Source: Bispira polyomma | Lineage: Eukaryota | Reading direction: 5' to 3' | DNA: 64,000 bases | Assembly: GCA_965649765.1 (NCBI GenBank) | Contig: OZ287754.1 | Location: 62,806,001 to 62,870,000, forward strand | Part shown: in pieces, positions 51,886 to 64,000 of the stretch | Layout: the number at the start of each line of letters is the position of its first letter | Numbering within the stretch: position 1 is the first letter of the stretch | Position numbers and translations under genes: made by a program | The notes under the pieces: generated by a model | The model's input: the letters and a program-made list of their open reading frames with translations, nothing else | What the model was told of the DNA's origin: nothing | The model's database searches: none

Positions 51886-52604
51886 AATACACACAAGGAA
51901 CGAGTTTACAATGCACTGCCATTACAATAAATTTGTAGTAAAGGTGTAATCGCTCCATTTAAGTGGCAACCATCTTACTTTTGGAATTAATGTCCAAAGG
52001 TGACAAAAAAACACAGAACTTAAATTTTCACATATTTTTCTAGTTGATTTTGTATTTCCATTAAAAATAGGACTTTAGGGTCACCGTATAATAGTGATCC
52101 AACTAGACCCAGATACAAAATTCAAATGAAACACATGCAACAGTTTGTGAGTTATAAAAACAGACGTAAGAAATTTAACTTAAAGTCGCTCCTATTTCTA
52201 TAAAAAATAGGACTTGACAGTCACCTTAAAATACTGATCCAAGTAAACTTACATCCTAAAATGTGAACAAAATCTGTGCAACAGTTTCCGAATTATTATC
52301 CCAAGCAAAATAAAATAGTGAACAAAATAGGCTATTTTATTAATTCCTCTGTTGATTTTGTAATCTTAAAGTTGTGCCTATGTCCCTGTAAATTAGGATT
52401 TTAAGGTCACTTTAAAATAAACATCCAAATACATAAACATATTAAATGTTTGAACAAAATCTGTGCATTATCTGGACACCAAATATATATATATGAACAT
52501 AGGAGTTTAAGTTCACCTTAAAGTTATTTTCCAGTTATTTTCAGGAAACAAAAACAGGACACTCCAACATATGACCACAGACCAGTGATCCTTATGTGTC
52601 CAGC

Positions 52605-53640
52605 TGTGCTGAATAAATTTTTCCACCTGTAGTAAAAATGTGCTCTCATATATCTTCAGTATATACTGATTGTAATCTAAATATCCCCATTACACCACAG
52701 TGCAACCTGTACAGTCTTATATGCCACTGAATAAATTTATTCAGTTCATGTCTGTATAGGTTCTGAGAAAATATTTAAACTGATGAAACTTGGCATCAAC
52801 TCCAAGAGTTACTGTGAATAAATTTGTTCACTTCTTGTAAGAAGCTCAAATTAAACCACACTGCAGTCTGTACAGTATGTTATGTCACTGAATATTTTTT
52901 TGTCATCTGTTGTAAGAAGCCCCATTACACCACACCGCAGCCTGTAGAATGTTTTATGTCACTGAATAAATTGTTTCACCTATGGTAAGAAACCTATATT
53001 AAACCACACTGCAGCCACTGAATAAATTTATTCAGCCCATGCCTGCGGGTTCTGAGAAGCTGTTTGAACTGATAAATTAGGGATAAAATGGAACAGTGAA
53101 TAAATTCTTTCATCTGTTGTAAGAAGCCCCTAATAAACCACACTGAAGCCTTTACAGTGTTTTTATGCCACTGAATAATTTTTTTTCATCTTGTCAGAGA
53201 AGCCCTAGCAAAACCACGCTGCAGCCTGTTTAGTGTTGTTTGCCACTGAATAAATTTTTTCACCTGTTCTAAGAAACTCTTATTATACCACACTGCAGCC
53301 TGTACAATGTGTTTATGTCACTGAATAATTTTTTTCAAATCTTACAAGAAACCTGCATTAGACCACACTGCAGCCTGCAGAGTGTTTTATGTCACTGAAT
53401 AATTTTTTTCACCTCCTGCAAGAAACAAACATTAGACCACACTGCATCCATTCTTTCAGGGGACTAAATAAATTTTTTCACCTGTTGTAATAGCCACATT
53501 ACACTCACATTGCAGCCTGTACAGTGTTTTTGTCACTGAATAAATTTTTTCATTTATAATAAACCCTGTAAAGTGTTTTATGCCATCGAATAAATTTTTT
53601 CACCTGTTGTAAGAAGCCTCCATTAGACCAAAGTGCAGCC
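52605..53640. repeat. Degenerate ~72-bp tandem repeat
   Basis: Recurrent CCACACTGCAGCCTGTACAGTG..CACTGAATAAATTTTTTCACCTGTTGTAAGAA, about a dozen diverged units. Confidence 0.85.
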
Positions 53641-53699
53641 TATATGAGCAATATGTGCAATGAATATACAATAATATGTACAGTTTGAAATTTATTCAA

Positions 53700-54280
53700 A
53701 ATTTGAGACTTCCGGAATAGTCTCAAACTAGATCGGAATCACTTGATGTTGCTTTTTCTAATATTTTAATATTTTATAATACAAGGTTTTTGTTGAGCAG
53801 GTATGAGCAAATTGAGGTAGGCACAGGTTGAAAGACGATCAGAAGCCCCATCAGTGACCCAGGTTTCACTGATCAGTTTGGAATTGGGTCGAGCTGTGAC
53901 AAGGTAGAGTATGGGATTGTGAAAGTGAGTCGGAGTGGCGATAGGCTGTCTAGGAGGCTGTTGAAATCGTTAGTAGCTCTGTTTTTAAGGTCAACCATGA
54001 TGTTGAAATATCCAAGGATGATAGCTTCTGGTCTGAGAAGCTTGAGGGTTTCAAGGAATTGAATAAACCTCTTGAGTAAAGGTTGCTAGAGAATATATTG
54101 TTGGACAATGAATAGAGGAGATCAGAAATGCCTAGAAACCATTCGAAATTTGACAAGTGATGGATCCAAAGGAGGAAAATGACTGGATTTTAAGGACGTC
54201 ACAGGAGAGGAAATCTTTTACAAATATGCCTACTCTACCTCTGCATCTATGGAGCCCAGGAGAGTGAAAAAATGTGTATC
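53700..54280 (-). mobile_element. Highly decayed LINE endonuclease fragment
   Basis: RGRVGIFV motif and downstream APE-like context resembling the other LINEs. Confidence 0.5.
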
Positions 54281-54403
54281 CCGGAGGAGTTATTTAAGAC
54301 AAGAAAGAGAGTCATAGTGATTACAAGTGACCTTGTTAAGAATGTTTTAAGTCAAAGCTTTAATTTCCAAATAAAAATCATGGTCATCGACCGGGATGTT
54401 CCT

Positions 54404-54812
54404 TGTGGGAACCCGGGATTGAACCAGGGACCTTTAGATCTTCAGTCTAACACTCTCCCAACTGAAGAGTGCCCCATACTAACTGGTGTGAACAACTAAA
54501 ATGGCTTTTATACTCATTTTATGTAATTACAGAAAAACTGACAGCAGTAGATAAATGTTTTCTCTTGCAACTCAAGCATGTATAGGACCTTAATGGTGTA
54601 CTGTTAACACACTGACCTTTTGGGTACATACTGTAATCTTATTGGCTGCTGTTGTTCCATCTTTGCAAAAGCAATGATCGCATAAGTACTGATGTTCCAT
54701 CTATGTTTCATCTTTCGGAATGCAGTGATATGTTGGACAATACTGTTCCATCTTTGTTCATGTTTGTTCTATCTTTCTACAGTCAAACGGGGTATTTTAG
54801 AGCTATTCCAGC
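54404..54812 (-). pseudogene. tRNA-Phe(GAA) split by a 333-bp insertion
   Basis: 3' part 54404-54465, 5' part 54799-54812. Confidence 0.85.
54466..54798. mobile_element. MITE inserted in tRNA-Phe D arm
   Basis: Imperfect TIRs AGAGTGCCCCATACTAACTG / CAGTCAAACGGGGTATTTT, flanks TGA / AGA. Confidence 0.65.
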
Positions 54813-55052
54813 TGTCAATTACAATTGTCTTACATCATTTGACATGAAGAACCTCAGTTAAGATCCACCTTGGATTGACTAAAAAAGCTTCAAACATCAG
54901 TATCTGGTGGCACACTTCAGTTTTATTGGTGTAAAAGCTAACAGACAATGAATAAGACCAATTATTGTGTCGGAATTGATGATATTTAAGATTCAATTTG
55001 CTTTTCTTGATACCGTTTCACAGTATTGGCTAGTAGCCCAATAAAATAACAC

Positions 55053-55146
55053 CAGCTCTGGTGGGACTCGAACCCAAAGCCTCCGAATACCCTATTTGCA
55101 TACACTTTCTAGAAGTCCGACGCACTATCCATTGTGTCACAGAGTT
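55053..55146 (-). pseudogene. tRNA-Arg(TCT), 21-nt intron, damaged stems
   Basis: Array copy with acceptor-, D- and T-stem substitutions. Confidence 0.75.
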
Positions 55147-55822
55147 AATTGGCAACAACTCAAAAGACCAACATATGCTGGAATCAAAATATCTAGTTTA
55201 CAAGATTAAGATAATTAAATCACATACAGAATGAACCATTGATGTCTCTCATCTCCTCACATATATATGTATAAATCTGAAACATATACCTACAAATATG
55301 ACCAGTCTTCAAACAAATTTCCCTGAAACAATGTTTAAATGACACTGATATCTCTTTAGAAGGATAAACCCTAATAAACAATTGAACACAATTTGTTAAT
55401 TGACACTCCTACTGACAAAATAATCCTTGCACAGGTGAAGCTTGTTTAATAATTCACGTACTTGTCTAACAATGAAGTGTGCAATGTATAATAAATTATG
55501 CTATTTAAAAAACAAGACTACCACTTGTCAAAGCATAAAAGTTGAACATTATAGCTAGGCTGACATTGAAGGGTAATCATTAAAGATATATAGAAACATC
55601 AAGCTATTAACTGAACCAATTACATTATGTTTGATTTTGATGACACTGCCAAGCAAGTTCAGCAATTAGACTCTGTAACTAAATTGAAGTTTGCCATCAG
55701 ATGATACGTGTTGTAATGACAGAATTTCAGGAACACTGGTGACAAGTGACTTAGTTGAGAATGTTTTAAGTCAAAGCTTTAATTTCCACATAAAAACCAT
55801 GGTCAGCCACCAGGATGTTCCT

Positions 55823-55895
55823 TGCCAGGATCCAGGATAGACCCAGGGACCTTTAGATCTTCAGTCTAACACTCTCCCAACTGAGCTATTCCAGC
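55823..55895 (-). pseudogene. tRNA-Phe(GAA) with broken T loop/B box (same variant at 56898, 61848, 62923)
   Basis: GGGTCTATCC replaces GGTTCRATCC. Confidence 0.85.
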
Positions 55896-56135
55896 TGACA
55901 ATTAAAACTGTCTTACATCATTTGACATAAAACACCTTAGTTTGGTTCCACCTTGGGTTGACCAAAAGAGCTTCAAACATCAGTATCTGGTGGCACAGTT
56001 CAGTTTTATTGGTGTAAAAGCTAACAGACTATGAATAAGACCGATTATTGTGTCAGAATTGATGATATTAAGGATTTAATTTGCTTTTCTTGATACCGTT
56101 TCCTGGTATTGGTTAGTAGCCCAATAACATAACAC

Positions 56136-56229
56136 CAACTCTGGTGGGACTCAAACCCACAGCCTCCGAATACCCTATTTGCATACATTTTCTAGAAGTC
56201 CGACGCGCTATCCATTGCGCCACAGAGTC
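56136..56229 (-). tRNA. tRNA-Arg(TCT) with intron, B box GGTTTGAG (likely weak or pseudo; similar at 57211, 62161, 63236)
   Basis: Cloverleaf recognisable; C56 changed to T. Confidence 0.7.
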
Positions 56230-57971
56230 AATTGATAACAACTCAAAAGACTAACATATGCTGGAATCAAAACATCTAGTATACAAGATTAAGATAATTA
56301 AATCGCATACAGAATGAACCATTGATGTCTCTCATCTCCTCACATATAGATGTATAAATCTAAAACCTTAAAATATGACCAGTCTTCAGACAAATTTCAC
56401 TGAAACAATGTTTAAATGACACTGATGTCTCTTTAGACGGATGAACCCTAATAAACAATTGAACACAATTTGTTAATTGACACTCCTACTGACAAAATAA
56501 TCCTTGCACAGGTGAAGCTGGTTTAATAATTCACGTACTTGTCTAACAATGAAGCGTGCAATGTATAATAAATATGATCTTTAGAAAGCAAGACCACCAC
56601 TTGTCAAAGCATAAAAGTTGAACATTATAGTTAGGCTGACATTTAAGGGTAATCATTGAAGATATATAGAAACATCAAGCTATTAACTGAACCAATTACA
56701 TTGTGTTTGATTTTGATGACACTGCTAAGCAAGTTCAGCAATTAGATTCTGTAACCAAATTGAAGTTTGCCATCAGATGATAGTGCTGTAATGACAGAAT
56801 TTCAGGAACACTGGTGACAAGTGACTTAGTTGAGAATGTTTTAAGTCAAAGCTTTAATTTCCACATAAAAACCATGGTCAGCCACCAGGATGTTCCTTGC
56901 CAGGATCCAGGATAGACCCAGGGACCTTTAGATCTTCAGTCTAACACTCTCCCAACTGAGCTATTCCAGCTGACAATTAAAACTGTCTTACATCATTTGA
57001 CATAAAACACCTTAGTTTGGTTCCACCTTGGGTTGACCAAAAGAGCTTCAAACATCAGTATCTGGTGGCACAGTTCAGTTTTATTGGTGTAAAAGCTAAC
57101 AGACTATGAATAAGACCGATTATTGTGTCAGAATTGATGATATTAAGGATTTAATTTGCTTTTCTTGATACCGTTTCCTGGTATTGGCTAGTAGCCCAAT
57201 AACATAACACCAACTCTGGTGGGACTCAAACCCACAGCCTCCAAATACCCTATTTGCATACATTTTCTAGAAGTCCGACGCGCTATCCATTGCGCCACAG
57301 AGTCAATTGATAACAACTCAAAAGACTAACATATGCTGGAATCAAAACATCTAGTATACAAGATTAAGATAATTAAATCGCATACAGAATGAACCATTGA
57401 TGTCTCTCATCTCCTCACATATAGATGTATAAATCTAAAACCTTAAAATATGACCAGTCTTCAGACAAATTTCACTGAAACAATGTTTAAATGGCACTGA
57501 TGTTTCTTTAGACGGATGAACCCTAATAAACAATTGAACACAATTTGTTAATTGACACTCCTACTGACAAAATAATCCTTGCACAGGTGAAGCTGGTTTA
57601 ATAATTCACGTACTTGTCTAACAATGAAGCGTGCAATGTATAATAAATATGATCTTTAGAAAGCAAGACCACCACTTGTCAAAGCATAAAAGTTGAACAT
57701 TATAGTTAGGCTGACATTTAAGGGTAATCATTGAAGATATATAGAAACATCAAGCTATTAACTGAACCAATTACATTGTGTTTGATTTTGATGACACTGC
57801 TAAGCAAGTTCAGCAATTAGATTCTGTAACCAAATTGAAGTTTGCCATCAGATGATAGTGCTGTAATGACAGAATTTCAGGAACAGTGGTGACAAGAGAT
57901 CTCGTTCAGAATGCTTAAGTCAAAGCTTTAATTTCCACATAAAAACCATGGTCAGCCACCAGGATGTTCCT

Positions 57972-58231
57972 TGCCAGAACCAGGGATTGAACCATGGACC
58001 TTTAGATTTTCAGTCAAATGCTCTCCCAACTGAGTTATTGCGGCTGACAATTAAAACTATCTCACATCATTTGACATAAAGCACCTTTGTTTGGAAACTG
58101 TTTCATAGTATTGGTTAGTAGCCCAAAAAAATAACACCAACTCTGGTGGGACTCAAACCCACAGCCTCCGAATACCCTATTTGCATACACTTTCTAGAAG
58201 TCTGACCCGCTATCCATTGTGTCACAGAGTC
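57972..58231 (-). pseudogene. Diverged tRNA-Phe (57972-58044) and tRNA-Arg (58138-58231) pseudogenes in a shortened unit
   Basis: Multiple stem mismatches; ~145 bp missing from the spacer. Confidence 0.8.
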
Positions 58232-58360
58232 AATTGACAACAACTCAAAAGATGAACATATGCTGCAATCAAACCATCTAGTATACAAGATTAAGATAAT
58301 TAAATTACATACAGAATGAACCATTGATGTCTCTCATTTCCTCATATATATATATGTATA

Positions 58361-58611
58361 TTTGAATTTGAATTTGGATATTTAACGTCCACTCTAGTAC
58401 CTTTTAGTAGCTTATTTTTGGTCGGGTAGTTGGAAACGCTGGAGGAAACACTGCATACAGTCAGGGAAGGTTCTGCACTGAAACCAGCAGCCCACAGTAA
58501 GGAACTACCACCTTTCCCACATAGGCATCGACGGGATTCAAACTCAAGGCCTCCAGAGGTGAGTGACGAGTGATTGTGAAGCCCAATGCTTGCTAACCAC
58601 TAGACTACCCT
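58361..58611 (-). mobile_element. tRNA-derived SINE (family 1) inside tRNA array spacer
   Basis: (ATTCAA)n tail; duplicated target ATATATATGTATA on both sides; absent from the other units. Confidence 0.92.
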
Positions 58612-59175
58612 ACATATATATGTATAAATCTGAAACATATACCTTAAAATATGACCAGTCTTCAAACAAATTTCACTGAAACAATGTTTAAATGACACTG
58701 ATGTCTCTTTAGAAGGATAAACCCTAGTAAACAATTGAATACAATTTGTTAATTGACACTCCTACTGACAAAATAATCCTTGCACAGGTGAAGCTTGTTT
58801 AATAATTTACGTACTTGTCTAACAATGAAGCGTGCAATGTATAATAAATTATGCTATTTAGAAAACAAGACCACCACTTGTCAAGGCATAAAAGTTGAAC
58901 ATTATAGCTAGGCTTACATTGAAGGGTAATCATTAAAGATATATAGAAACATCAAGCTATTAACTGAACCAATTACATCGTGTTTGATTTTGATGACACT
59001 GCCAAGCAAGTTCAGCAATTAGACTCTGTAACCAAATTGAAGTTTGCCATCAGATGATACGTGTTTTAATGACAGAATTTTAGGAACACTGGTGACAAGT
59101 CACCTAGTTGAGAATGTTTTAAGTCAAAGCTTTAATTTCCACATAAAAACCATGGTCAGCCACCAGGATGTTCCT

Positions 59176-59248
59176 TGCCGGAACCCGGGATTGAACCAGG
59201 TACCTTTAGATCTTCAGTCTAACGCTCTCCCAACTGAGCTATTCCGGC
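59176..59248 (-). tRNA. tRNA-Phe(GAA), near intact (C48 to A)
   Basis: GCCGGAATAGCTCAGTTGGGAGAGCGTTAGACTGAAGATCTAAAGGTACCTGGTTCAATCCCGGGTTCCGGCA; T5 terminator downstream. Confidence 0.92.
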
Positions 59249-59487
59249 TGACAATTAAAACTGTCTTACATCATTTGACATAAAGCACCTTAGTTTGGAT
59301 CCACCTTGGGTTGACCAAAAGAGCTTCAAACATCAGTATCTGGTGGCACACTTCAGTTTTATTGGTGTAAAAGCTAACAGACAATGAATAAGACTGATTA
59401 TTGTGTCGGAATTGATGATATTTAAGATTCAATTTGCTTTCTTGATACCGTTTCATAGTATTGGCTAGTAGCCCAATAAAATAACAC

Positions 59488-59581
59488 CAACTCTGGTGGG
59501 ACTCGAACCCACAGCCTCCGAATACCCTATTTGCAATCACTTTCTAGAAGTCCGACGCGCTATCCATTGCGCCACAGAGTC
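59488..59581 (-). tRNA. tRNA-Arg(TCT) with 21-nt intron, intact boxes
   Basis: GACTCTGTGGCGCAATGGATAGCGCGTCGGACTTCTA-[GAAAGTGATTGCAAATAGGGT]-ATTCGGAGGCTGTGGGTTCGAGTCCCACCAGAGTTG. Confidence 0.92.
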
Positions 59582-60765
59582 AATTCATAACAACTCCAAA
59601 GACCAACATATGCTGGAATCAAAACATCTAGTATACAAGATTCAGATAATTAAATCATATACAGAATGAACCATTGATGTCTCTCATCTCCTCACATATA
59701 TATGTATAAATCTGAAACATATACCTTTAAATATGACCAGTCTTCAGACAAATTTCACTGAAACAATGTTTAAATGACACTGATGTCTCTTTAGAAGGAT
59801 AAACCCTAGTAAACAATTGAATACAATTTGTTAATTGACACTCCTACTGACAAAATAATCCTTGCACAGGTGAAGCTTGTTCAATAATTCACGTACTTGT
59901 CTAACAATTAAGCGTGCAATGTATAATAAATTATGCTATTTAGAAAGCTAGACCACCACTTGTCAAAGCATAAAAGTTGAACATTACAGCTAGTCTGACA
60001 TTGAAGGGTAATCATTAAAGATATATAGAAACATCAAGCTATTAACTGAACCAATTACATCGTGTTTGATTTTGATGACACTGCCAAGCAAGTTCAGCAA
60101 TTAGACTCTGTAACCAAATTGAAGTTTGCCATCAGATGATACGTGTTTTAATGACAGAATTTTAGGAAATCATATACAGAATGAACCATTGATGTCTCTC
60201 ATCTCCTCACATATATATGTATAAATCTGAAACATATACCTTTAAATATGACCAGTCTTCAGACAAATTTCACTGAAACAATGTTTAAATGACACTGATG
60301 TCTCTTTAGAAGGATAAACCCTAGTAAACAATTGAATACAATTTGTTAATTGACACTCCTACTGACAAAATAATCCTTGCACAGGTGAAGCTTGTTCAAT
60401 AATTCACGTACTTGTCTAACAATTAAGCGTGCAATGTATAATAAATTATGCTATTTAGAAAGCAAGACCACCACTTGTCAAAGCATAAAAGTTGAACATT
60501 ACAGCTAGTCTGACATTGAAGGGTAATCATTAAAGATATATAGAAACATCAAGCTATTAACTGAACCAATTACATCGTGTTTGATTTTGATGACACTGCC
60601 AAGCAAGTTCAGCAATTAGACTCTGTAACCAAATTGAAGTTTGCCATCAGATGATACGTGTTTTAATGACAGAATTTTAGGAACACTAGTCACCTAGTTG
60701 AGAATGTTTTAAGTCAAAGCTTTAATTTCCACATAAAAACCATGGTCAGCCACCAGGATGTTCCT

Positions 60766-60838
60766 TGCCGGAACCCGGGATTGAACCAGGGACCTTTAGA
60801 TCTTCAGTCTAACGCTCTCCCAACTGAGCTATTCCAGC
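60766..60838 (-). tRNA. tRNA-Phe(GAA), intact apart from U3:G70 wobble
   Basis: Canonical metazoan Phe sequence with intact A and B boxes. Confidence 0.92.
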
Positions 60839-61077
60839 TGACAATTAAAACTGTCTTACATCATTTGACATAAAGCACCTTAGTTTGGATCCACCTTGGG
60901 TTGACCAAAAGAGCTTCAAACATCAGTATCTGGTGGCACACTTCAGTTTTATTGGTGTAAAAGCTAACAGACAATGAATAAGACTGATTATTGTGTCGGA
61001 ATTGATGATATTTAAGATTCAATTTGCTTTCTTGATACCGTTTCATAGTATTGGCTAGTAGCCCAATAAAATAACAC

Positions 61078-61171
61078 CAACTCTGGTGGGACTCGAACCC
61101 ACAGCCTCCGAATACCCTATTTGCAATCACTTTCTAGAAGTCCGACGCGCTATCCATTGCGCCACAGAGTC
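61078..61171 (-). tRNA. tRNA-Arg(TCT) with 21-nt intron, intact boxes
   Basis: Identical to 59488-59581. Confidence 0.92.
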
Positions 61172-64000
61172 AATTCATAACAACTCCAAAGACCAACATA
61201 TGCTGGAATCAAAATATCTAGTTTACAAGATTAAGATAATTAAATCACATACAGAATGAACCATTGATGTCTCTCATCTCCTCACATATATATGTATAAA
61301 TCTGAAACATATACCTACAAATATGACCAGTCTTCAAACAAATTTCCCTGAAACAATGTTTAAATGACACTGATATCTCTTTAGAAGGATAAACCCTAAT
61401 AAACAATTGAACACAATTTGTTAATTGACACTCCTACTGACAAAATAATCCTTGCACAGGTGAAGCTTGTTTAATAATTCACGTACTTGTCTAACAATGA
61501 AGTGTGCAATGTATAATAAATTATGCTATTTAAAAAACAAGACTACCACTTGTCAAAGCATAAAAGTTGAACATTATAGCTAGGCTGACATTGAAGGGTA
61601 ATCATTAAAGATATATAGAAACATCAAGCTATTAACTGAACCAATTACATTATGTTTGATTTTGATGACACTGCCAAGCAAGTTCAGCAATTAGACTCTG
61701 TAACTAAATTGAAGTTTGCCATCAGATGATACGTGTTGTAATGACAGAATTTCAGGAACACTGGTGACAAGTGACTTAGTTGAGAATGTTTTAAGTCAAA
61801 GCTTTAATTTCCACATAAAAACCATGGTCAGCCACCAGGATGTTCCTTGCCAGGATCCAGGATAGACCCAGGGACCTTTAGATCTTCAGTCTAACACTCT
61901 CCCAACTGAGCTATTCCAGCTGACAATTAAAACTGTCTTACATCATTTGACATAAAACACCTTAGTTTGGTTCCACCTTGGGTTGACCAAAAGAGCTTCA
62001 AACATCAGTATCTGGTGGCACAGTTCAGTTTTATTGGTGTAAAAGCTAACAGACTATGAATAAGACCGATTATTGTGTCAGAATTGATGATATTAAGGAT
62101 TTAATTTGCTTTTCTTGATACCGTTTCCTGGTATTGGTTAGTAGCCCAATAACATAACACCAACTCTGGTGGGACTCAAACCCACAGCCTCCGAATACCC
62201 TATTTGCATACATTTTCTAGAAGTCCGACGCGCTATCCATTGCGCCACAGAGTCAATTGATAACAACTCAAAAGACTAACATATGCTGGAATCAAAACAT
62301 CTAGTATACAAGATTAAGATAATTAAATCGCATACAGAATGAACCATTGATGTCTCTCATCTCCTCACATATAGATGTATAAATCTAAAACCTTAAAATA
62401 TGACCAGTCTTCAGACAAATTTCACTGAAACAATGTTTAAATGACACTGATGTCTCTTTAGACGGATGAACCCTAATAAACAATTGAACACAATTTGTTA
62501 ATTGACACTCCTACTGACAAAATAATCCTTGCACAGGTGAAGCTGGTTTAATAATTCACGTACTTGTCTAACAATGAAGCGTGCAATGTATAATAAATAT
62601 GATCTTTAGAAAGCAAGACCACCACTTGTCAAAGCATAAAAGTTGAACATTATAGTTAGGCTGACATTTAAGGGTAATCATTGAAGATATATAGAAACAT
62701 CAAGCTATTAACTGAACCAATTACATTGTGTTTGATTTTGATGACACTGCTAAGCAAGTTCAGCAATTAGATTCTGTAACCAAATTGAAGTTTGCCATCA
62801 GATGATAGTGCTGTAATGACAGAATTTCAGGAACACTGGTGACAAGTGACTTAGTTGAGAATGTTTTAAGTCAAAGCTTTAATTTCCACATAAAAACCAT
62901 GGTCAGCCACCAGGATGTTCCTTGCCAGGATCCAGGATAGACCCAGGGACCTTTAGATCTTCAGTCTAACACTCTCCCAACTGAGCTATTCCAGCTGACA
63001 ATTAAAACTGTCTTACATCATTTGACATAAAACACCTTAGTTTGGTTCCACCTTGGGTTGACCAAAAGAGCTTCAAACATCAGTATCTGGTGGCACAGTT
63101 CAGTTTTATTGGTGTAAAAGCTAACAGACTATGAATAAGACCGATTATTGTGTCAGAATTGATGATATTAAGGATTTAATTTGCTTTTCTTGATACCGTT
63201 TCCTGGTATTGGCTAGTAGCCCAATAACATAACACCAACTCTGGTGGGACTCAAACCCACAGCCTCCAAATACCCTATTTGCATACATTTTCTAGAAGTC
63301 CGACGCGCTATCCATTGCGCCACAGAGTCAATTGATAACAACTCAAAAGACTAACATATGCTGGAATCAAAACATCTAGTATACAAGATTAAGATAATTA
63401 AATCGCATACAGAATGAACCATTGATGTCTCTCATCTCCTCACATATAGATGTATAAATCTAAAACCTTAAAATATGACCAGTCTTCAGACAAATTTCAC
63501 TGAAACAATGTTTAAATGGCACTGATGTCTCTTTAGACGGATGAACCCTAATAAACAATTGAACACAATTTGTTAATTGACACTCCTACTGACAAAATAA
63601 TCCTTGCACAGGTGAAGCTGGTTTAATAATTCACGTACTTGTCTAACAATGAAGCGTGCAATGTATAATAAATATGATCTTTAGAAAGCAAGACCACCAC
63701 TTGTCAAAGCATAAAAGTTGAACATTATAGTTAGGCTGACATTTAAGGGTAATCATTGAAGATATATAGAAACATCAAGCTATTAACTGAACCAATTACA
63801 TTGTGTTTGATTTTGATGACACTGCTAAGCAAGTTCAGCAATTAGATTCTGTAACCAAATTGAAGTTTGCCATCAGATGATAGTGCTGTAATGACAGAAT
63901 TTCAGGAACAGTGGTGACAAGAGATCTCGTTCAGAATGCTTAAGTCAAAGCTTTAATTTCCACATAAAAACCATGGTCAGCCACCAGGATGTTCCTTGCC

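Larger units (their letters stand above)
54315..64000 (-). repeat. Tandem array of ~1.08-kb units each carrying tRNA-Phe + tRNA-Arg; continues beyond window
   Basis: Eight Phe and eight Arg copies with conserved spacers; ninth Phe begins at 63997. Confidence 0.97.

Noticed and set aside
59271-61130. Duplicated 89-aa ORFs (59271-59540, 60861-61130)
   Set aside because: They overlap tRNA-Arg and spacer and are not kept open in other units; chance ORFs.

Overview
AT-rich, repeat-dense metazoan (invertebrate-type) genomic DNA; nothing prokaryotic. Left to right: (1) a pseudogenised first exon of a small cysteine-rich TNF-receptor-like gene (~270-350, -) whose better-preserved paralogue lies at 19607-17571 (-), with a single Grindelwald/BCMA/TACI-like CRD, one TM helix and NF-kB-like sites upstream; (2) a ~70-copy 44-bp minisatellite; (3) a nested transposon stack in which an old + strand tyrosine-recombinase (YR/DIRS-order) retrotransposon (~4400-16500) contains a CR1/L2 LINE (itself hit by a SINE) and a structurally complete - strand Ngaro/PAT-type element with split direct repeats (8616-14308); (4) further YR, LINE, SINE, MITE and probable solo-LTR relics; (5) a partly decayed gene whose last exon encodes a herpes-tegument-like (VTD/C76) deubiquitinase; (6) an ankyrin-repeat pseudogene; (7) from ~54.3 kb a tandem ~1.08-kb tRNA-Phe(GAA) + intron-containing tRNA-Arg(TCT) array with a 6025-bp higher-order period. 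Most notable: two diverged YR elements each carry a phase-1 splice donor inside gag and a phase-matched acceptor in front of a recombinase frame with no ATG ahead of it, implying a spliced Gag-YR fusion with RT/RNaseH inside the intron. All calls are by eye; no searches were run.
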